The notes beneath the pieces are model-generated. The model was given only the letters and a program-made list of their open reading frames with translations, was not told where the DNA came from and ran no database searches. A stretch of 58,898 nucleotides of DNA, filler included, from Squatina squatina (taxonomy: Eukaryota): NCBI GenBank assembly GCA_031763465.1. It is 3 parts of 3 records of this genome, joined end to end, with 100 filler letters (N's around TTAATTAATTAA, not from the genome) between each part and the next. Parts side by side here need not be neighbours in the genome. Positions count along the whole stretch, not along the records: positions 30,129 to 58,898 come from JARFOE010000192.1; 2 more parts are not named here. One strand, 5' to 3'. Below are positions 52,116-58,898 of the stretch, piece after piece. Position 1 is the stretch's first letter. Each line of letters begins with the position of its first letter. Position numbers and translations under genes: made by a program.

Positions 52116-54872
52116 TGTTGTAGAGGGTTGGTGTTTTCACTTCATGGAGAACTATTTCAGAAAAGAAACAAAAACATCATAGGTTTGTGTGGATGTTGAA
52201 AGCCGTTTGTCTGATTTGAAGCATTGTGCAGTTTTCTATAGCCTCTGATCTAGGAGTCAGGATAGAGAAGTTGGGTAACCACAAGGGTAAGTTGTGTGTA
52301 AGCATGCAGAAACAAGTTCGAGGATATTTACTTTAGGTGTTGCATGCTATGATAAGGCAATTATCTACCTACTTGCAATATTGCTTAATGCTGCATGTAT
52401 CTAAGGAGGTACCAATAGGGAGGCTGATTTTCTTTCTCCATCGCCCCACCCCCACAGCCCGAGAGCAAGTCAGATAGAGCACACCCAAATGTGCTTCACC
52501 TGAAAGGACCTGACCGTACCTATATTTATGGGTTCATGGCATTGTCGCCCACCTGTAACAGGAAAGCCTCTTGGAAAAGGCTAATATCCAAACATAAGGG
52601 AAGAAAGGGTACCATTGCTGGGAAGCCTGCAGAAGTGGTCATGGATACAGACTTAACGACCTTCTGGCCACTTCCCAAAAATAGCAGCCAGAATGCTCCA
52701 AGTCCCAACAATTCTTCTTGTTGGACCAGCAAAAGAAAATGACTTACTTTTTTGGTGGCGGTCTGAGGTTTATGGCAGTGTCTTTTCATATCGTCCAATC
52801 TGAGGGGCAAGTCACAATCTTGGAGGTCACGTTCAATGAAGACATAGAAACATAGAAACATAGAAAATAGGTGCAGGANNNNNNNNNNNNNNNNNNNNNN
52901 NNNNNNNNNNNNNNNNNNNNNNNNNNNNNNNNNNNNNNNNNNNNNNNNNNNNNNNNNNNNNNNNNNNNNNNNNNNNNNCTGTATTTTACATAAGCTCCTG
53001 CCTGCAGCCTTTGGGAATGACACGGTGGCTAGTGGACTTTGAGATATGGAAAGAGCTGCTTTTAGTATTGTTGTCTAAATCCTAAATCAGAACACCAAGA
53101 TGTGTTTATGTCAGCAACTTCAGAGATAATCTAATTAATCTGATCAGGGATTTAAATTTCATATGCAGTCCATGAGGCTCCATTGGATGCACCAACGTGG
53201 CTCACAAAGATAAATATTTGAACACCCATGACCTACTGGATGAATAAATTGTGACTTTTTTTTCTTGAGCAGGCCAAGGAATCCTGTGACATATAATCTT
53301 GTGTAGTAGCTGCATACATTAAAAAATGGATTATTGCACAGAAATGCCTCTGCAGGAGTTTCCATGACAAATCTGTGGAATGCATCTTGAACCACCATAA
53401 CTGGAATAAGGCCAATGCAGAAATCTCTCTTGAGTTGAATCCATTCACATTTGCACACAGAAGCCATTTACAGATGCGGAACACTTACTTAGCTGCTGCT
53501 ATAAAGGCATATTTGATAACCAAACTGAAATTTCTGGCATTCAGACTTTTCAAACATGATGATATAGTGTTGTTGAATGAGGAGGTGTTCACATTGGGTG
53601 GCCTGTGCCATGGCTGCATTTCAAAATGCCACAAATTCAAATTAGCAAATATCTCAATTACGAGACTTCAGCCTTTTTGTTACCCATTTACTGAGACATT
53701 TTAGAATTGTTTTTACTGTAGTAAAGACTATTTTAATGAATGTAAGGATGAAGCCCAGAAATTATAATATTATCATTAAGAATAAATGCTAAAATCAGAC
53801 TTAAAATTGAAATGGATCAGGATTAGGCTGATTCAGACTCATTCCCGATCAACTGAATTTGGACTAGTTTAGAGTTGGAAAGATAAATTGGACGTGTGTA
53901 TAACTGGCAGATGGTCCAATATTTACCATTTTACATCCGAGTAGATATTGAAAGTTCCTCCCCATATCGCAAGATTGTGCGGGGTGGGGGAGGGTGGGGG
54001 GAAGTCACAGTACTGAACATGGCCTCCATCACTATGTGTAAAAAATTAACAACAATTTGCAACAAGTCGTGAAGCAGCAAAACCATTTTTTTATTCAAGA
54101 AGCCAAAAATAATGACCTATCTTGACAATACCAGTCTGTCCCTTAATACTGATGGCAGCGAAACAGCACCTTAGGACTCAATAACACCAGGGAGCCAAAA
54201 TTCCCTTGTTCTGCGCCTCCCGTTAGCACCCCAGGGGGCGCTAACGAGGCGCAAAACTGTTTTCNNNNNNNNNNNNNNNNNNNNNNNNNNNNNNNNNNNN
54301 NNNNNNNNNNNNNNNNNNNNNNNNNNNNNNNNNNNNNNNNNNNNNNNNNNNNNNNNNNNNNNNNTTCATTCCACAGCTTCCTGAGGGAACAGATGTTTCA
54401 TTTGGGTGCTTAATCCCCATTTTCAACCATTAAGACCTTGGGCTCTGTGGAATTGGTGACTGGATTAGTAAAACGTGCAGCTTTCTAAGCATAACAAATA
54501 GATCGAAGGAGCTGAAAAGCAGGCCCTCGGGCATCCGCTAATGCTTTTCAAACAATTAGACTGTGACAGGTTAAACCAAGGTAGCATATAAATGGGAATA
54601 ATGTAGTGGATGATTTTAAAGTATCTGTCTTCATTTTATCTGTGAGAAAATAACTCCCAATCCTTTTGTTTACAGAATGCTAGGACATCTGTTTGGTTCC
54701 AACAGTTGGTTTTGTTTGGAATTTTGGCAGGAAGCTTATTCTTCAAAACCAAAACTAGAATTAAACTGTTTAGCATTTCTCACTGCAAAGTGAGAAGACA
54801 CGCAGGATTTCACTGGAACACAAATGATATGGAATCAGCAATAGAGATTCACAAACTCACCATTAAGAGTTC

Positions 54873-55589
54873 AGGAGGATGAAATTGCCCCTTTTATCGA
54901 CGGCAGTTGGGGTAGAAAATGGTTTCCGCCTGGGTGTGGCGCAAAAATAGCCACCCACGGAATTGTCGGGGGGTTTTGCGGAGGTGCTACGCCCTGCCGG
55001 GAACGCCCACTGGACGGCGCACGGCGATGATGACATCATCACCATGCGCTTTGCCCCGTCTGCGGCCTGGAACCAGAATTCATCAGCGCCTCCGACGCCT
55101 CCTCCTGTCGCTACCACAAGCCGTCATCGCCGCCGCTATTTAACGGCGGCAGCACGGCAGCCATTTTGCGTCGCAGAAAACAAAAATGGGAGGTGTTTCG
55201 ACATGTTTATCGGTGATTGTTCGCTCTGGAGCCAGGATTTAACTAGTGCAGGGTGGCAGAAGCGCTGGCCATGATGGGCATGCCCTGAACCAGGCATCAC
55301 AATTTTTCCATCTCTGTGCTGCAACCGAGAGCAGCATAGCGATCTGAAGGCAAACTCCACATTGCCTTTAAGGGCCGCATTTCACAGGGAGGTGAGTGAA
55401 ATGTTAGAACAGTTGGCTATAGCGTTGCAAACAGCGCCTCTCCAGTGCCACAGATTATCGCTTATCGAGCTCAGCGCCGCAGCAGTATTTTTTTTTAAAG
55501 AGTCGAACGCCCCAGTTTTTAGCCGGCACTAATGGGACTTATTTTTCGCAGCCACCTCTCCCAATGCCACGCTAATGAATTGGGCCCCT
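54873..55589. mobile_element. GC-rich MITE-like element
   Basis: CpG-rich 0.7 kb block; termini ggatgaaattgcccc ... gaattgggcccc; internal cctttaaggg motif. Confidence 0.55.
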
Positions 55590-55649
55590 TCACATTTTTG
55601 AAGCACAACAATATTTAAATATAATTAGCAGATCTCCCATGGCATTGAT

Positions 55650-55760
55650 CACATAAGAAACATAGGGACTGGAGTAGGCCATTCAGCCCCTCAAACCTGT
55701 TCGGCCATTCAGTTGGAACATACCTCAACTCCATTTCCCTGCCTTTGTTCCATTTCCCTT
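55650..55760 (-). mobile_element. CR1/HE1-type 3' end
   Basis: cataagaaacatagggactggagtaggccattcagcccctc. Confidence 0.7.
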
Positions 55761-57307
55761 GTAATTTCCACCCAATTGTATTTTTGATGGGGATTAAACA
55801 GGAGAAGACATTGCCTATGCTACTGACCCAGCTGAATGAAAGAAAATGAGAATGTAAGAAGCTTGGGACACTTAGGCACTGAAATTTGGCACCTTAGCGC
55901 CTGCAGTTAAAGCCGGTTTGAAGGAAAAAATGGCAGCCATCTTGCTTCTGCACACTTCCAGCATGGCCCACGCTGGTCGTCATCTTGGTGAGGGCGGTAG
56001 TGTGGGCGAGATGTGGATGTGCCGGCAGTATGCCAAATAGGCAGATTGTGCTGTTAGTCAGCTGTTAGCAATGCTGATTTGACACACTACCTACCATTTT
56101 GGACTTCGTCATTCCATACAGCACCCTCTACTAAACACGCACAGCTGAATGTGTGTTCAGCAAATGAAGGCTACCAACAACCCCGCCCTGTGCCACCAGC
56201 ACTATTTAAGTACCCAACTTGCAGGTAAGTTGATTATTTCTCTTGTACTGGCTCCTGCAGAATTTCTATCAACATTGGCTTGCTGAAAGATATTTATAAC
56301 ATTGTTAAAGTGTGCAAGGTGTGCTGCTGGACATTGGGAAAGCTTTGGCAGCCTCTGACTNNNNNNNNNNNNNNNNNNNNNNNNNNNNNNNNNNNNNNNN
56401 NNNNNNNNNNNNNNNNNNNNNNNNNNNNNNNNNNNNNNNNNNNNNNNNNNNNNNNNNNNNATTCATGATACGTGTAATGCCCTTGTATGGTGCATAGGTT
56501 TTCTTAGATCAGAATGCCACTGATAACCAAAGAGTATTTACAAATACAGTTCCCTCAAGATACTGTATAGGGTAGACGCCATGGGAGTGGGTTATAATAT
56601 GTGTAGAGGTTGTTCTTGATTTGCTGAATGACTGCTTGCCTTGTGCAGTTACACCTCTGGGAACCAGCCCATTTAATGCTGCATATATACCGCTGCAATA
56701 ATGCCTTCAGCCAGATAAGACAGTTTACACTGCCTGGCTTAAACTCCAATTCTCCTGCCCCAGAGAGGGCTTTGACATGCACAGTAACAACACAAGGAGA
56801 GCTCCCCTCTCAGCAGTTAAAATTTAGATGCTTAGAGAGTGCGGGCGGCAGAGCTTGGGCACGTTCTAAACATGGCCAGAGACTCCACTAGAGTTGCACT
56901 CTGTGTGGTGTCAAGCAAACTGAGACAACCTCCTTGAGGGATTATCAGACCACTTTAGGTCATGTCCCAACTCTGGCTTCATGCTGCAGCTTTAACATTG
57001 CTGTGAAGTAGAAGCTAAAGCTGCAGTGTAAATGAACACTAAGATTGTGTTACTGTTGATTGTGTAGATTTTAATGTGTCAAGGAGAAGACTAGCTTGGA
57101 TTGAAGTATATGGGAACAAAAGAGAGCCCCTGAAGTGCCAAATGTTTAGTTAAGCTGCAGCTGGTCTTCCAGGAGTCAATAACACATGGATGAAAAGATC
57201 ATCTGTATAGAACTCATAAATCTAAAGCACTGATAAAAATGATTTAATAATAAAGCGATTTATTTTGTGTGACTCACACTGTGAACAAGTGAAAGCAGAA
57301 ACTAAAA

Positions 57308-57322
57308 TTTATTGTATTTATT
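57308..57322 (-). terminator. Tandem candidate poly(A) signals for TNS3
   Basis: TTTATT at 57308-57313 and 57317-57322 (AATAAA on -), at the end of UTR-like sequence downstream of the TNS3 stop; one gap intervenes. Confidence 0.5.
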
Positions 57323-58353
57323 ATAATTTTAACAGATTGTGTTTCAAAGAATGGAAAAGGACTATACAAAGAATTATAGAACATAATTCATTTACATAAT
57401 GGATACAAGATTTTTTACAGAATGCTTATAAGAACACTACAAAATACAGACTAGCCATAGCAGACAGAAATGAGTAAAACAATAATTTTGATAATACAGA
57501 TTATTGGTCAAAGTGAAAATTCAAACTTGTATTTTGGCATTTTCACAATTAGTTAACACTGAAAGCAACACACAGGTAGGATACAGTGGTTTAAAAGGAG
57601 GGAAAGGGTGGAATTCATTCACTGAACTCACGTTTACACGGCAGTTCAAAGTGCTGGTTAAATGGTATGTCTTTGGCAAGAATTTCATACCCAACTGTAT
57701 ATAGTTGTGTAGATTTAATCAGTTGCGAAAAAATTTGCAGTGATATAAAATAGTTCTACATAAACCTTAGTATCTATCCTACTTGTAGTAAAATGCCAGT
57801 GATTCTGGAATGATACAAAAGGTGTTGCACACATATAGAATGGCATACACCCCCAAGAATGTCAAGCAACACAAAATCGACAGCCAAACTGCGATTGAGC
57901 ACATTTACCTAAATGTATGTGCATTATACAATCATCAGATTAGCTGCAATCTATTCAGGATATTGTGTCAAATAAATATAAGATNNNNNNNNNNNNNNNN
58001 NNNNNNNNNNNNNNNNNNNNNNNNNNNNNNNNNNNNNNNNNNNNNNNNNNNNNNNNNNNNNNNNNNNNNNNNNNNNNNNNNNNNNNNNNNNNNNNNNNNN
58101 NNNNNNNNNNNNNNNNNNNNNNNNNNNNNNNNNNNNNNNNNNNNNNNNNNNNNNNNNNNNNNNCAAAGTTCACATCCCTGCTCCCCTCAAAAAGAAAGCA
58201 AACCTGCTCTTACCATCATTCAACATATACAAACCCTCCCAACTTGACTAGTTATTGCTCTAAATTCTGGTTGTCTTACAGTTTATAATTTTTCTATTTT
58301 TTTTTAAAAGGCTTACTCCCCTCAATGTGGGGCTCTGCAGCATCAGAATGTAA

Positions 58354-58495
58354 TTACTTCTTCTGAGATCCTATCATGACCTTTGATACAAAGTTCACAA
58401 TGGCGCTGGCAGGCTGCTCAGGGTCATGTTCAGCAAACAGGTGGCAGACATTATCAGTGGCGCTTCCTTGTTTCCTTGCCACAAATCCAAAGATT
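58354..58495 (-). CDS. TNS3: Tensin-3 last coding exon (PTB domain C-terminus)
   Basis: ttcttttgatag| then [46 protein letters not shown], nearly identical to recalled TNS3 ([18 protein letters not shown]). The + strand ORF 58376-58570 is its antisense shadow. Confidence 0.96.
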
Positions 58496-58593
58496 CTATC
58501 AAAAGAAACCACGTTATTCACGTTTTATATACATAAGTACTGTCAAATTTACTTAAAACTGTTCCGTTAAATTTATAGATTTAAAATGCTTAC

Positions 58594-58620
58594 TTTGCCG
58601 AGGTGACATCTTTTGTCCAC
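58594..58620 (-). CDS. TNS3: TNS3 27-nt microexon
   Basis: aaaag|G TGG ACA AAA GAT GTC ACC TCG GCA AA|gtaagc gives WTKDVTSAK, versus human WIKDGPSSK; phases match both neighbours. Confidence 0.88.
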
Positions 58621-58753
58621 CTTTTTTTTGGGAGGGGGGTGGGGGAGACGGGGAGAAAGGGGAAAAGAAAGGCTCATTAGATTCTCAAAGCCCTCTCACA
58701 CAGTCCAACACTTCATTGCAAAAGAATGTAGATCAAAGTAATCACAAGCTTAC

Positions 58754-58822
58754 TTCCTTTCTTGTGGGTCCAAGGCACAGAAAATCACCGTGCTGACAGC
58801 ATAATGTCTTCTGAAAAACAGT
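58754..58822 (-). CDS. TNS3: TNS3 PTB-domain exon
   Basis: cttttctcttttaatag| LFFRRHYAVSTVIFCALDPQER(K) |gtaagc; VIFCALDPQ is TNS3-type. Confidence 0.95.
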
Positions 58823-58847
58823 CTATTAAAAGAGAAAAGCTATTATT

Positions 58848-58898
58848 AACATAGAAGATAGGATCAGGAGTAGGCCATTCGGCCCTTCGAGCCTGCTC
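58848..58898 (-). mobile_element. CR1/HE1-type 3' end in TNS3 intron
   Basis: catagaagataggatcaggagtaggccattcggcccttcgagcctgctc. Confidence 0.75.

Noticed and set aside
52491-52843. Overlapping ORFs with a gtaagt donor-like site near 52747
   Set aside because: No recognisable protein; the upstream side is a CR1 (CATAGAAA)n tail with no acceptor.
54863-55360. GC-rich ORFs or a CpG-island promoter
   Set aside because: Lie inside a MITE-like repeat; ORFs reflect high GC, and no gene start is nearby.
58376-58570. + strand 64 aa ORF
   Set aside because: Antisense shadow of the TNS3 last exon.

Overview
Vertebrate, almost certainly shark-type (chondrichthyan) genomic DNA, judged from its CR1, Penelope, DeuSINE-type and Harbinger repeats. 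It comes from a very fragmented draft assembly with dozens of N gaps. Two artificial N44-TTAATTAATTAA-N44 linkers (12478-12577 and 30029-30128) split the window into three unrelated scaffolds. Scaffold 1 (1-12477) holds four + strand exons of an ADGRA-family adhesion GPCR. Three are diagnostic for ADGRA1/GPR123, and one upstream exon encodes part of a GAIN domain that mammalian ADGRA1 lacks. A 2.4 kb intronic minisatellite lies between them. Scaffold 2 (12578-30028) is Xq13-syntenic: the large RLIM exon (+), SLC16A2/MCT8 exons (-) and an SNX12 exon (-). It also has an unexpected, intact YAP/TAZ-family phosphodegron exon with mixed YAP/TAZ character. Scaffold 3 (30129-58898) is mostly intergenic. 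It contains a decayed two-gene Harbinger transposon, GC-rich MITE-like elements, a Penelope palindrome with a degenerate hammerhead core, and the last three exons and 3' UTR of TNS3 (-). Gene identities rest on my recall of vertebrate protein sequences; no database searches were run. No CRISPR, rRNA or tRNA genes were found.
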